From positions 36,664,993-36,703,670 of the forward strand of contig NC_068998.1 in NCBI RefSeq assembly GCF_001194135.2: a stretch of DNA of 38,678 bases, read 5' to 3'. A model generated the notes under the pieces. That model was not told where the DNA came from. It saw nothing but the letters and a program-made list of their open reading frames with translations, and did no database searches. Positions within the stretch are counted from its first letter, which is position 1. Each line of letters begins with the position of its first letter. Made by a program: the position numbers and the translations under genes. Positions 1 through 12,063 of this stretch are shown here, in pieces. Source of the stretch: Octopus bimaculoides. Lineage: Eukaryota.

Positions 1-120
1 ATAAGTACTAGGCTCCGAAGCAAAAAGTCCTGGGATCGATTTGCTCGACTAAAGGCGGTGCTCCAGCATAGCCGCAGTCAAAAGACTGAAACAAGTCAAA
101 GAGTAAAAGAGTAAAAGAAT
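1..120 (+). mobile_element. SINE family A, 3' end only (cut by window edge)
   Basis: ataagtactagg...gatcgatttgctcgactaaaggcggtgctccagcat.gccgcagtcaaa...gagtaaaagag matches the 3' segments of the copies ending at 25031 and 36735. Confidence 0.85.
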
Positions 121-189
121 GACGCAATTCGCTCTGCCAGAAATTTGGAAATGACATGCTGTTCTGCTTGGCATTCGCGCCGGAAGATC

Positions 190-672
190 CAATCTGAACA
201 TTTCAGAGTGTTTGTGTGTCAATCTGAGGACAGTGCATGTACCGAGAGTGATAAAAGTCAAACCTCCAGTCAACATCATAGTGTTTGGAGTGATCACTAC
301 TGATTGCGAAGCTATGCTACAATTCACCTTCCCATACAGCCTCAAACTCAACATGGACGCGTACATCAAGTGCCTGGAGTGTAGGTATTGCTGCCTTGGA
401 GAGTGGCTGCTGGAAGACACTATGTGTGACAACAGGACTCTGCCTCATGGCACACAAGCAGGAGAACTCAGTCATGGCTATCAGGCAATTTCTGCGGCCA
501 CATAAGCCCTAACATCTGGCCGCCTAACTCCCCAGACTGCAACCCACTTGATTATTATGTGTGGGACGCAGTTGAATGAAAGATCAATAAAAATCCTTGT
601 AACACCAAAGATGTGCTGAAGGCAAGGATTATGGCAGCATTCACCAACTTAAACAAGGAGACTTCTGTCTGA
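190..672 (+). pseudogene. Tc1/mariner superfamily DD37D (maT-like) transposase, C-terminal catalytic half, disrupted
   Basis: Manual translation across a frameshift: PRVIKVKPPVNIIVFGVITTD...YIKCLE / VLLPWRVAAGRHYV*QQDSASWHTSRRTQSWLSGNFCGHISPNIWPPNSPDCNPLDYYVWDAVE*. Catalytic D codons at 436-438 and 550-552 are separated by 37 residues; in-frame stops at 427 and 577. Confidence 0.85.
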
Positions 673-1519
673 GCTTGATAAGAAGTGTTGATTTATTAAC
701 ATCCCTGCAAGTTAGCAGTTCGTCAAAGGAGGCGGATAAAATATGGACAAGACTTAGAAATAAGTACTGAGGTCGACTTGTTCGATTAAACTTTCCATGG
801 TAAAGAATCAGTATGGCAGCTGTCCAGTGACTGAAATAATTACATACATACATACGCACACACGCATGCACCCCCCACCACCACACAAAACATGCACGCA
901 CATACACATATACACAAACACATACACACACATATAAGTATTTATTTCGATAGGTATATAGACAGTAGATAGATTGAAAGATATGTATGTATGTATAGAA
1001 AACGTACGTATATAGGTGTGTATCAGCGTACATATAGGTACATATACGTACATGCCTACACACATAGATACATGCATACATATATATATATGTATATGAG
1101 TATATATATATATATNNNNNNNNNNATTGAAAGATATGTATGTATGTATAGAAAACGTACGTATATAGGTGTGTATCAGCGTACATATAGGTACATATAC
1201 GTACATGCCTACACACATAGATACATGCATACATATATATATATGAATACATACATACGTGCATATATATGTATGTATACTTACATACACATATACATAC
1301 ATACATACATACATACATTTCTATCTATGAATGTATTATGTACATATATATAAGGACGAAGTTCGTAGCAGGGAACAGGATGTTCCTAAGGAAGACTAGT
1401 GAGGAAAAAATATTTCCTTTTTTAGTAACAACAAGAATTACAATCTCCAGTTTTCAAAATTCAGCTTTGCAGTTTCATTGAAAGCATTGAAAACTTGCCT
1501 TCTATAAATTTTGGAAAAA

Positions 1520-1850
1520 CTACTGTACAATGCGGTGGAGTAATATGATATTAGATTACCCGAGGCTAGTGATTTTCATCATAGACTTCAGAGACCGCCA
1601 TCAGAACTTGACTAAAAGACACAGCAGTTGACCCTAGACATCAAGTGTAAACAGAGAAAAATTAGCTGATGTATTTCTCGTAGGTGGCAGGGTAGATAAT
1701 GAGAATGATGAAGATTACGAACACTTGACTAGGAAACGCAGACGGGATTCCCTTGATAACATCATTTACATAGCGTCTTGTTAGCGGGAACTTGTGTTCA
1801 ACAATATCATTAATATACTAGAGCCTTAAGGGAACTCATTATCTATAATC
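1520..1850 (-). mobile_element. Possible highly decayed reverse-transcriptase fragment (Penelope-like)
   Basis: Minus strand gives RYVNDV (1775-1758), resembling the PLE RYVDD motif, with an MSSL (cf. MGSPL) word upstream and an NFLCL (cf. FLD) word downstream; many stops. Confidence 0.3.
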
Positions 1851-2048
1851 AGCACCAGCGAGGTATTCTACTGAAGCTCGACTCGTTATTTAAGCCATTA
1901 CATGTTTAAACAGCTTTAGCTGTTGAACCAGGTGATATTTATGCTCAGAGATTCATACCTGCATCTGGCATCACAAACTTCTACAAGTATGGAGCAAAGA
2001 CCAACGGAGCATCAATTAACATACTTACAAAGGCTGAGATTGTTGTAG

Positions 2049-2221
2049 GTTAGTTGAATATATCGTATCCGGTACTTGACTAGTAGCTTAATTTATAGAA
2101 CTCGGAGGGCTGAAAGGCAAAAGTTGACCACGATCGGGTCGAACCCAGGACACTAACAAATGGAATAAATACCGCATGACATTTTGTCTGATGCTCTAAC
2201 GATTGTCTCAATTCACCGCCT
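2049..2221 (-). mobile_element. SINE family B (tRNA-type head), diverged
   Basis: Reverse complement resembles the + copy at 23854-24061 (aggcggtgaatt...gttagagcatcagacaaaatg...gggttcgaccc...ttttgcctttcagccctccgag). Confidence 0.65.
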
Positions 2222-2367
2222 AGCAAACTGTTTTTTTAAATTTAAGTAGGAGAACAATTTTGAGGGGCAAAAGTTAGTCAATATCATCTGCACCTGTACT
2301 AGATTGGAACTTAGCTTTATCTATTTTATCGACCCCGATATATATATATAAAGGGAGAAAGAGAGAG

Positions 2368-2474
2368 AGAGTAAAATCTATTTGCCAACGTAAACTGGGA
2401 AAAGGGGCTAAAAAAGATAGCAGCATCGTACTAACCAGGACTGCCTATTTACGTTGGCAAATAGGTTTTACTCT
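2368..2474. mobile_element. Small MITE-like element with 27-bp terminal inverted repeats
   Basis: agagtaaaatctatttgccaacgtaaa (2368-2394) vs tttacgttggcaaataggttttactct (2448-2474): 26/27 complementary, 53-bp spacer. Confidence 0.6.
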
Positions 2475-2872
2475 TTAGTACTGTTACTACTCGCTCAGAG
2501 ATTTAAAACTAAACGTTTTCCTCTTTACAAGATCAGTAACTGTGTGTCGATTTAAAAGTATATACCTCGAACACGACCAAGCGCTGCCATCTTTAGAGCC
2601 AACGGTTATCCTGTACTAATGAAGTAAAATAACACAGAAACCAAGGTCCGCAGGTACCATTTAACGCTGAGCAAAGAAGTGTTTTGCTCGAAACGAAAAA
2701 CCACCTTTCTTTCCTTCCCTGAGCGTCTGCTAATACTTTACATGTACCACGTCCTCGCGTTCTTGTTTTTCTTTGTGTGTTTGTTCTTCATTTTGGGGGA
2801 TTTACTACATATATATACATATGTTTGTGTGTGTGTGTGTGTGTGTGTGTACATGTGTGTGTACATATGCGT

Positions 2873-2877
2873 ATCTA

Positions 2878-2934
<57 letters not shown>

Positions 2935-2996
2935 GTCTGTCTGTCTGTCTGTCTACAGATAGATACATAGATGTATGTATATATATATGTGTGTGG

Positions 2997-3086
<90 letters not shown>
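2873..3086. repeat. Compound microsatellite (TCTA)n/(TCTG)n/(TG)n
   Basis: Direct reading. Confidence 0.95.
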
Positions 3087-3088
<2 letters not shown>

Positions 3089-3489
3089 TTATGTATATAT
3101 GTATATGTTTATATATGCGTATCCATTTTTATAGAATTTTTTCATTTCTGTTAACGTTATAGAAGGCTGCTAGATACTTGGTGCCGTTATTTATTCAAAG
3201 CGATAAAAATGCAAATATGGTTTCCAGATCATAATTTCCATCAACTATGTCTTTTATTCACAGAATTACATTTTGGGGGGAAAAATTCAACGTCCATTCT
3301 TTGGTTTACAACGAATTGACAATAACAAATATATTATTTAGAAGTAAATTTTAATTGAATTATCTTGACTGTCGAATTAAATCACAAAGAGCTACAAGAT
3401 ATAGCGAGAGACATTTTCTTCGACGCTCTAACGCCCTTAAGCGCATAATAAATGAGTCTCATTTAGACACGAGACAAATAATATCGATG

Positions 3490-4320
3490 GGAGGAGGGGT
3501 TAGTCGAGGCCATCGATCTAATACTTGACTGGTACTTTATTTTATTGACCCTTAGAGAATGAAAAGCAATTTGATCTTGGCGGTATTTCAATACAGAACG
3601 TAAAGAGTTTGGAGGAACACTGCAAGTCATTTTTTGTCTGGAGTGTAACAACTCTGCTAATCCACCCGTAAACGCTGGACCAATAATTCTTTCTGTTAAA
3701 GATACAAGGCTCGAAATTGTTGGAGCGGAGGCTTGTCGATTACATCGATCCAATTCTTCAACTCTTACAATATTTTATCGACCCCAAAACGATGAAAAGC
3801 AAAGTCGACCTCGGCGGAATTTGAACTCGGAACGTGAAAACGGATGTAATGTCGCTGAGTATTTTGTCTGGTGTTCTAAATTTACTGCCACCTCGCGATC
3901 TTAGATGCATCAGTTTTTTACCATAGGTTCAAGACCTGAAATTTTAGAGGATGGGTCTAGTCGATTACTAGTATTTATTTTATCAACTCCGAAAAAATGA
4001 ACGGTCAAGTCAACCTCGGCAGAATTTTGAACTCAGACGGACGAAAAGCTGAGCAGCGTGTTAACGATTCTGCTAACTCGCCGCCTGAAACACCTAACTA
4101 ATAATGGTTTCAAATTTTGGCACAAGGCCAGCGATTTCGGGAGAGTAATTAAGTCAATTACATTGACTCAAGTGTTCAACCGGTATTTATTTTATCGACT
4201 CTAAAAGGAAAAGAGGTAAAGTCGACCTCGGCGGAACTCGGACTCTGAACATAAACAGGGACGAAACCCTGTTAAGCATTTTGTCCGACATGCTAACGAT
4301 TCTGTCAGCTCACTATCTTA
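3490..4320 (-). mobile_element. Four head-to-tail SINE family B copies (~3490-3668, 3720-3897, 3925-4087, 4100-4320)
   Basis: Each carries a variant of tattttatcgacc...gaaa.gcaaagtcgacctcggcggaatttgaactc (reverse complement of B-box gagttcaaattcc) and ends in aacgattctg...ctc.ccgcc-like sequence. Confidence 0.8.
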
Positions 4321-5552
4321 AACGCCGAACCCACCGTATCTCTATCCCAGTATATCGTAACCCATCGTATCTCTATCCTAGTATATGAAACTCACCTAGC
4401 ATGAAACAGAAGTGAAGGAAATTAACAATTTAAAATTTGATTGCTTTTTAATTCATCGATGTTGTAACATTTAATAATTTATAAGCAATATATTCATGAC
4501 GATTGCAGCGTGAAAATCGCATGTTAGCCATTCAGAAACAGAAAACTGGTTGCAATATGATGTCAAGATTTTAGTCGCACGAAACTGCCACCTGGTCACT
4601 GGCAACATTATGCTTTATATAATCCTTTCTACTATAGGCACAAAGCCCCATGCTTTACGTAATTATATGATCTTTAAAAATCATTTTCTACGTAATTCAT
4701 AACATTTAGGGAAAACAGTAGATTGAGCCATATATTTCTAGATATCTACGTCTATTCTTGTATTGCGTTATATATGGTTGCTATATTTTGGCGTGCATGT
4801 GGTATACACACACTCACACACGCGCGCGCGCACACACACATAACATGTGGTGATTGCTCCAGGTTCCTAGATGATTGCCGTCTCCTTTTACTTCCTCGAT
4901 GCCAATGGCATTTATAACTTTCCGTCCAGATGACGACTCAATCCCGTAGCGGATCTGCATGGATTGAAGCATAGATAACGAACGAAAGTTATAAATGACA
5001 GTGCACTTTCGACTGGTTACGTCTGTACTCGTTGCCACTCTTCCATTGCCATAGGATAATGGAACAAATGGGGCCAACAATAAAAAACCCATTTGTACAT
5101 CACTTAATTATAGTGATGAACTTTCTGAGTCTCTGTAATCATTACCTAGTGACAAGCAGAGGTGAGATGAGCAGTTATCATATGAAACCACAGGTTTAAC
5201 ATCAGAATGTGTCTCTCTTAGAAGGATACTGTGACAACTAAGGCTCCCTCTCTCACAAGTGCTATATTGCACTCCCTGCCACTAACTAAGGGTATTTTTG
5301 CATTGCTGCTCTGAGAGGGATTGCCAATACATAAGCTAATCAATCAACAGTTGGGACCTGACAGGTTCTACTACTTTGGATAAGAGTAGACATGGGAACG
5401 ATACTGGTTCAGAGGTAGCTAGCACTCATCAAGACACTAAAACATTCGAACCAGAGCCCCACAACTGAATGGTGATAAAAGTCATGCATACGACAATCTT
5501 TAGAAAGGTCGGATGCCCACTAATGTTTGTCAGTATGTTTAAGAGGTTACAA

Positions 5553-5668
5553 GACGGGCTTCCACACAGTTTCTGCCAACCAAATTCATTCAGACGGTAT
5601 TGATAAGCCTAAGACTCGTGCAATGGTACTGAATTCGAAACTACGTGGTTGCAATGCGAGCTTCTTAA
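5553..5668 (-). mobile_element. SINE family A, diverged 5' half
   Basis: gacgggcttc...cagtttctgccaaccaaattca...ctacgtggttg...agcttctta is the reverse complement of the family A head and body. Confidence 0.55.
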
Positions 5669-6318
5669 TTAAACATTTGGAACAATTTTATATTTTACTA
5701 CTAACTGAAATTGTGTAGCGTAGTTGTGGAAAATGCTAGCATAGATTAACAAACTTTGCAGAAGAATTGTAATTTTAAAATGAAAAGCCAGTTGTAATTA
5801 ATTGGAGAGATATATTTTCAATCTTTTCATTATCTAACTTTGATTAAAATGGCTTAATTTATCTGTCAAGATTATTCTATCAAAATTTACATCGCTTTAA
5901 TATAGCAGTTATTGGCAATTCGCTGTAAACTAAGGGACAGAGGTCAACCTTTTGTTCTATGAAAATTAATTTCTGTGTAGAGAAACCCATATTTCATGAA
6001 AATTATGTTTTGGAATTAGTATTTGTATCTACATCGTTTTGATTAAGTAATTTGGCAGCGTTTCCACTAATTTCTGCAGCTAAAAAAATCTACAAACATA
6101 CACGAGCGTAAATGCATGAAGTTTTCAAGCAAACATCCGTATCTAGCAATTTCACCACAACTGCTGAGTGACCTTCACCTGATGGTGTTTTTTTCTCTGC
6201 ACTTTAGGCATTATACATCTATAGGAGCTATTTTCTCAAGAATAAAACGCAGTTAATAAGGATTACACTAGGTATACAGTTCGCTTATACATACAGACAG
6301 ATATACATACATATATGC

Positions 6319-6372
<54 letters not shown>

Positions 6373-7231
6373 NNNNNNNNNNNNNNNNNNNNNNNNNNNN
6401 NNNNNNNNNNNNNNNNNNNNNNNNNNNNNNNNNNNNNNNNNNNNNNNNNNNNNNNNNNNNNNNNNNNNNNNNNNNNNNNNNNNNNNNNNNNNNNNNNNNN
6501 NNNNNNNNNNNNNNNNNNNNNNNNNNNNNNNNNNNNNNNNNNNNNNNNNNNNNNNNNNNNNNNNNNNNNNNNNNNNNNNNNNNNNNNNNNNNNNNNNNNN
6601 NNNNNNNNNNNNNNNNNNNNNNNNNNNNNNNNNNNNNNNNNNNNNNNNNNNNNNNNNNNNNNNNNNNNNNNNNNNNNNNNNNNNNNNNNNNNNNNNNNNN
6701 NNNNNNNNNNNNNNNNNNNNNNNNNNNNNNNNNNNNNNNNNNNNNNNNNNNNNNNNNNNNNNNNNNNNNNNNNNNNNNNNNNNNNNNNNNNNNNNNNNNN
6801 NNNNNNNNNNNNNNNNNNNNNNNNNNNNNNNNNNNNNNNNNNNNNNNNNNNNNNNNNNNNNNNNNNNNNNNNNNNNNNNNNNNNNNNNNNNNNNNNNNNN
6901 NNNNNNNNNNNNNNNNNNNNNNNNNNNNNNNNNNNNNNNNNNNNNNNNNNNNNNNNNNNNNNNNNNNNNNNNNNNNNNNNNNNNNNNNNNNNNNNNNNNN
7001 NNNNNNNNNNNNNNNNNNNNNNNNNNNNNNNNNNNNNNNNNNNNNNNNNNNNNNNNNNNNNNNNNNNNNNNNNNNNNNNNNNNNNNNNNNNNNNNNNNNN
7101 NNNNNNNNNNNNNNNNNNNNNNNNNNNNNNNNNNNNNNNNNNNNNNNNNNNNNNNNNNNNNNNNNNNNNNNNNNNNNNNNNNNNNNNNNNNNNNNNNNNN
7201 NNNNNNNNNNNNNNNNNNNNNNNNNNCACAC

Positions 7232-7265
<34 letters not shown>

Positions 7266-7871
7266 GTGTGTACATATATGGATTCGTATAATTATAAAGA
7301 TTTCAATATAGAACGGTGGTTGTTAAAACAGAATGTGCACTGTACTTGCGTGTGAAAGCTATTATTCAAAAAGACACATACTAAGTTTTACACAATTTCT
7401 GTGATAACTTCTGCCTTACAATCTTTACCTCTGAGAAAGGATTATTAGATTTGAAACTAAATTATGACTAGATTATTATTTCCTAATTCAACTATCTCTT
7501 GTATGAGCAATGCTGACTGACAGTGCTCTCCACGTCATTTCATGAAAAAGGCGCAGAAAAATTAATTTCTCATTATGAGCCGTGTTTATTTTATTGATTC
7601 AGCGACCCAGGATAAATTAACGCTCGTTGGAGTACGGTGTGCAGTGCTCACCTCACATTAGCGGAATATGCGACCGTATATACATGTGTGCGTATGTGTG
7701 TGAGCACATTTGTATGTGTACATGTATGTATGTATCTATATATATATATATATATATATAATGTATGTATATATGTGTTTTGTGTGTGTGGGTGTGTGCG
7801 CGCGCACGTGTACATGTACATACACGCATATGGATAAGGATAGCTGATTGATAAAAATGTATGTGTGTATA

Positions 7872-8841
7872 TGCACATTTTTTATATTAGGCATGTTACA
7901 GACCAGATGACGAATATTCTCTTGTGGAATCTCTTGCCAAGTTTCATGCAGTGATCTGAAAACATCTGGCTTTGAAGATGATTCTTGTTTGTTTTTTTGT
8001 TTTTGTTTTTTTAATAAAGTGTCCTGTCCATTATGTCCCGAAGCTTCTTCAATAGTGCTGATATCTGGTGACTGGCTTGGTCATGGAAGCTTGTTAATCT
8101 CATTCTCATCCAACAATTCTTGGGTCATTTCAGTCGTGTGACAAGGAGACCCATCTTCCATAAATAAAGAGTCTTCTTTAATCATTTCACCACTGGAGAT
8201 GATTAGAAGGAGTACTTTCTGCAGTATGGACACATATATATCTGAGTTTATGTTTCCCTCACACTCCACTAGTTCTGATAAACCATTGCTCCAAATTGTT
8301 CCCCAGACCATCGCTGAATAGCTGCCGTGTTTCATTGTTGGCTGCAAGCTTTTCAATTCAAATTTTTCATCAGTCTCCAGACCCACACACGACCACTGTC
8401 AGAAAATACATTAAATCTGAACTCAACATAGAATATGACAGTGTTCCAAAATGCTAGTGGTCTCTCCATCATCTCACTTGATGTTGGCTGGTCGAAGAAG
8501 TGGCTTCCATCTTGCTGCTCTGCCATAGTAACCAAGTTTGTGAAGATACCTGGTAGCTGTTGTCGGACTGATATCAACATATTCTGCTATGTCATAGGCC
8601 TTGCAACGAGGATTATCCTCCATACTTCTCTTAACAAAGAGAAGTGTCCTGTCAGAGGGTCTCGTTGTTCTGTGGACTCCATCCTCTCTCTGGTAATTTG
8701 CACAATCACTCTATTAACTGTACAAAGCAGGATCTCAAGGATTTCTGAGATTTTACGCTGACTATGTACGCCTTCAGAATGACCCACAATACGGCCTCTT
8801 TGAAATTCAGACAGTTCCAAGGCTTCTTTTGTACACGGCAT
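7872..8841 (-). pseudogene. Tc1-type DD34E transposase, near full length, frameshifted
   Basis: N-terminal HTH ELSEFQRGRIVG; WNTVIFYVEFRFNVFSDSGRVWVWR; PTMKHGSYSAMVWG; FMEDGSPCH ... LP*PSQSPDISTIE with 34 residues between D and E; C-terminal TWQEIPQENIRHLVCNMP. First catalytic D appears mutated; intact TIRs not found. Confidence 0.9.
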
Positions 8842-8960
8842 GATTAAACAGTCACATATATAACCTGAAGCATAAAAATGCCAATTAATAAAAAATATAA
8901 ACCTTTACAAGTTAGAATAAACATAAAACGATGATTTATGGAATGTCTATTTACTTCTGC

Positions 8961-8996
<36 letters not shown>

Positions 8997-9009
8997 GATA
9001 TATATATAT

Positions 9010-9390
9010 AAATCAAAATAAGCAACAAGGATATTCAAGGTTAATGCAGTACGATCGTTTCATGCGACTCCATTTATTTAAGCAACGTGAGCATTACTTT
9101 AAATGTAAAATGCAGAGCAATCTTCAGCTGCACAAAGATACTGAAAATTCACTGAAATTTCATTTCAGTAGGGCATATTCTTCCTTCCCACTTGGATTGT
9201 TTAAATGTAGTTACAATAATATGTCCTTCTACTGAAATGAAATTTCAGTGAATTTTCTGTATCTTTGTGCAGCTGAAGATTGCTCTGCATTTTACATTTA
9301 AAGTAATGCTCACATTGCTTAAATAAATGGAGTCGCATGAAACAATCGTACTGCATTAACCTTGAATATCCTTGTTGCTTATTTTGATTT
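9010..9390. mobile_element. Foldback/MITE-like element: 162-bp inverted arms
   Basis: 9010-9171 vs 9229-9390 complementary at 159/162 positions by manual alignment; mirrored ORFs 8966-9235(+) and 9201-9428(-) confirm the inversion. Confidence 0.85.
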
Positions 9391-9477
9391 TTAATAATCT
9401 TATTTTGGAATTGTTTGTATAATATCATACTTAATTCTGGTGCCTAAACTTAAGTACCATGTTCATCTTGAATGTAA

Positions 9478-9515
<38 letters not shown>

Positions 9516-9580
9516 GGATGGGTGGTTGGATATGGTTGCGTGCATATGCATGTATGAATGTATGCTTGTATATATATATA

Positions 9581-9951
9581 TCTTGGCACTCCAACGGTTA
9601 CGACGATGAGGGTTCCAGTTGATCGGATCAACAGAACAGCTTGCTCGTGAAATTAACGTGCAAGTGGCTGAGCACTCCACAGACACGTGTACCCTTAACG
9701 TAGTTCTCGGGGATATTCAGTGTGACACAGTGTGACAAGGCTGACCCTTTGAAATACAGGTACAACAGAAACAGGAAGAAAGAGTGAGAGAAAGTTGTGG
9801 TGAAAGAATACAACAGGGTTCGCCACCATCCCCTGCCGGAACCTCATGGAGCTTTAGGTGTTTTCGCTCAATACACACTCACAACGCCCGGTCTGGGAAT
9901 AGAAGGTGCGGTCCCATGACAGCGAGTCCGCTCTCCTAACCTCTGGGCCAC
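9581..9951 (-). mobile_element. SINE family C (tRNA-type head), near full length
   Basis: Minus strand starts gtggcccagaggttagg (A-box-like) and ...ttctattcccagacc (degenerate B-box), and ends ...gtaaccgttggagtgccaaga against a (TA)n tract; head abuts the gap. Confidence 0.7.
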
Positions 9952-10760
9952 NNNNNNNNNNNNNNNNNNNNNNNNNNNNNNNNNNNNNNNNNNNNNNNNN
10001 NNNNNNNNNNNNNNNNNNNNNNNNNNNNNNNNNNNNNNNNNNNNNNNNNNNNNNNNNNNNNNNNNNNNNNNNNNNNNNNNNNNNNNNNNNNNNNNNNNNN
10101 NNNNNNNNNNNNNNNNNNNNNNNNNNNNNNNNNNNNNNNNNNNNNNNNNNNNNNNNNNNNNNNNNNNNNNNNNNNNNNNNNNNNNNNNNNNNNNNNNNNN
10201 NNNNNNNNNNNNNNNNNNNNNNNNNNNNNNNNNNNNNNNNNNNNNNNNNNNNNNNNNNNNNNNNNNNNNNNNNNNNNNNNNNNNNNNNNNNNNNNNNNNN
10301 NNNNNNNNGTACCACACGCACACATTCGCGCGCGCGCGCACAGCTAAATACATATATCGAAATAGTAAGACAGAGTAATGGTAGTCACGCGCATGTATTA
10401 ATGCACGTGACAATAATCTATATTGTAAATTGTTTGCTGAAATAATTCTGTCTATGTGTCAGTCATTAACTGTTTCTGTTTATTTGTCTCATTCACCATT
10501 TACTACCTATCTATATACCTATCTACCTACCTACATACATACATACATACATACATACATACATACATACATACATACATACATGTTTACATCCATTCAT
10601 GTATACATGCTCCTCTCTGTCTCCTTCTTTCTCTCTCCCTCAGTCTTTGTATCTATATATTTATGCATCTAAATGTTTATCAATGTATTTGTTTATTTGT
10701 CTGTCTGCCTATATGTATATACATATATTCTTTTATTCTGTTAGTCTCTTATTTGCTGCT

Positions 10761-10939
10761 GTCATTTGACTGCGGCTATGCTGGAGCACCGACTTCAGTC
10801 GAACGAATCGACTCCAGGACGGTGCCACTAAGTTGGACTGAATCTGGATCCATGTGGTTGGTAAGCACGCCTCTTACCACATAGCCACGCCTTCTATTCT
10901 TTTACTTCTTTCAGTCATTTGACTGCGGCCATGCTGGAG
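10761..10939 (-). mobile_element. SINE family A: internally deleted copy (10761-10892) plus a second 3' fragment (10893-10939)
   Basis: Head (aggcgtggctatgtggtaag...ggcacc) is joined directly to tail (gtcctggagtcgattcg...gccgcagtcaaatgac); tail motif occurs again at 10915-10939. Confidence 0.75.
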
Positions 10940-10957
10940 TATATATACTATTAAACG

Positions 10958-11523
10958 TATTATTATTAATATATAATAAACAACAATAATATAAGTGCCC
11001 AGCAAGCATTAAAGCCAAAGCGGTAAATTTATAAATTCATAACTAATTATTAATTATAGTTGAGGGTACACGGAGTACTAGCGTTGCTAGAAATAAGAAT
11101 CGAAAAATACTCAAAGAAGCCACCATTTCACTGAAAATACCACAGGCTGACGAAAATTGAAATTCGCAAATGAGGATCACAGATATACCTATATCACGTG
11201 ATTTCGAACTTTGAGATTTTTCCCTTAGTCTTCATCATTAGGTCTCGCTGTTAGCTAAGGGTTAAATCTATGCTCGCTTCGTCATGTCTCTCAAAATTGT
11301 TGAACGACCAGCGCCAAATTCACGCCCTATCAGTGTATAAATATACATAAATAAATAAAGATATTAGTATTGCTATTATTATTATAAATAATAAATAATA
11401 ACAATAATATAAACGGCCTGGAAGCATTAAAGCCAAAAAGGAAAATCTATAAATTTTCGTTAGCCTGTTGTATTTTTAGTGAAATGGTGGCTTCTTTGTG
11501 TATTTTACGACTCTTATTTCTAG
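10958..11523. repeat. Composite repeat with direct (~10958-11037 / ~11374-11455) and inverted (11087-11158 / 11452-11523) partial duplications; Penelope pseudo-LTR-like
   Basis: Direct pair share acaataatataa...aagcattaaagccaaa...tataaatt. Inverted pair share gaagccaccatttcact.aaaatac / gtattttt.gtgaaatggtggcttc. The repeat encloses a hammerhead-like fold. Confidence 0.55.
11187..11243 (-). ncRNA. Type I hammerhead ribozyme-like motif, C3 substituted by A (probably inactive)
   Basis: Minus strand: stem I ACCUA / core (A)UGAUGA / A / stem II GACU..GGGA-AAAA-UCUC..AG(U)UC / GAA / palindromic stem III AUCACGUGAU / A17 / stem I UAGGU. Confidence 0.65.
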
Positions 11524-12063
11524 AATTATATATATATATATGTACTTTCGATTTATCAGTTTCTCTCTCTCACTCTCTATCTATCTTTAAACCATTTACT
11601 TATCTAAAGATTAGTTTAGATGTTTAAATTTGTATTATATATAAATCGGACCATGTGTCCATGCGTTTCTTCGGGCGCATGTATTAAGTTCTGAATATCT
11701 GAGTCAATGTGTGTCTGTGTTTGCATATTTACGTATCTTTCAAGGGAATCACTATAATGGATAATGTCTGTGTTTCAAGTACACATGTACTTATTCGCCA
11801 AACTTTTAAGTCCATTTCTTCACATCTTTTCTACATAGTTCTTCGTTTCACTGTCTCTCGTCTGTCTTTCTCTCAGCTTGTCTCACCCACCCACTCTCTC
11901 TCTCTTTCTCTTTGTCTATTTATCTTTCTCCCTCTCCCTCACCCTCACTCTCACTGTCTCTTGCTTCCCGTTCGATATGTAATTATCTATATTGTGTGTG
12001 TGTGTGCGTGTGTGCGCGTCCGTATGTGAATTCGTATAAACACGGACACATATACATATACAC

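Noticed and set aside
973-1245. ~115-bp exact direct duplication on both sides of a 10-N gap
   Set aside because: Typical unmerged contig overlap; likely an assembly artefact rather than a real tandem repeat.
4328-4386. Two copies of a 31-bp unit (aaccca.cgtatctctatcc.agtatat)
   Set aside because: Simple local duplication with no spacers; not CRISPR-like and no functional clue.
4814-5092. 92-aa minus-strand ORF with possible internal splice sites, and a 14-bp inverted repeat (4909-4922 / 4984-4997)
   Set aside because: No recognisable protein motif, weak donor; cannot be supported without expression data.
6263-7355. Long ORFs across N runs (also near 9.9, 16.3, 17.9, 33.5, 35.0 and 37.2 kb)
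   Set aside because: Products of gaps and dinucleotide repeats.
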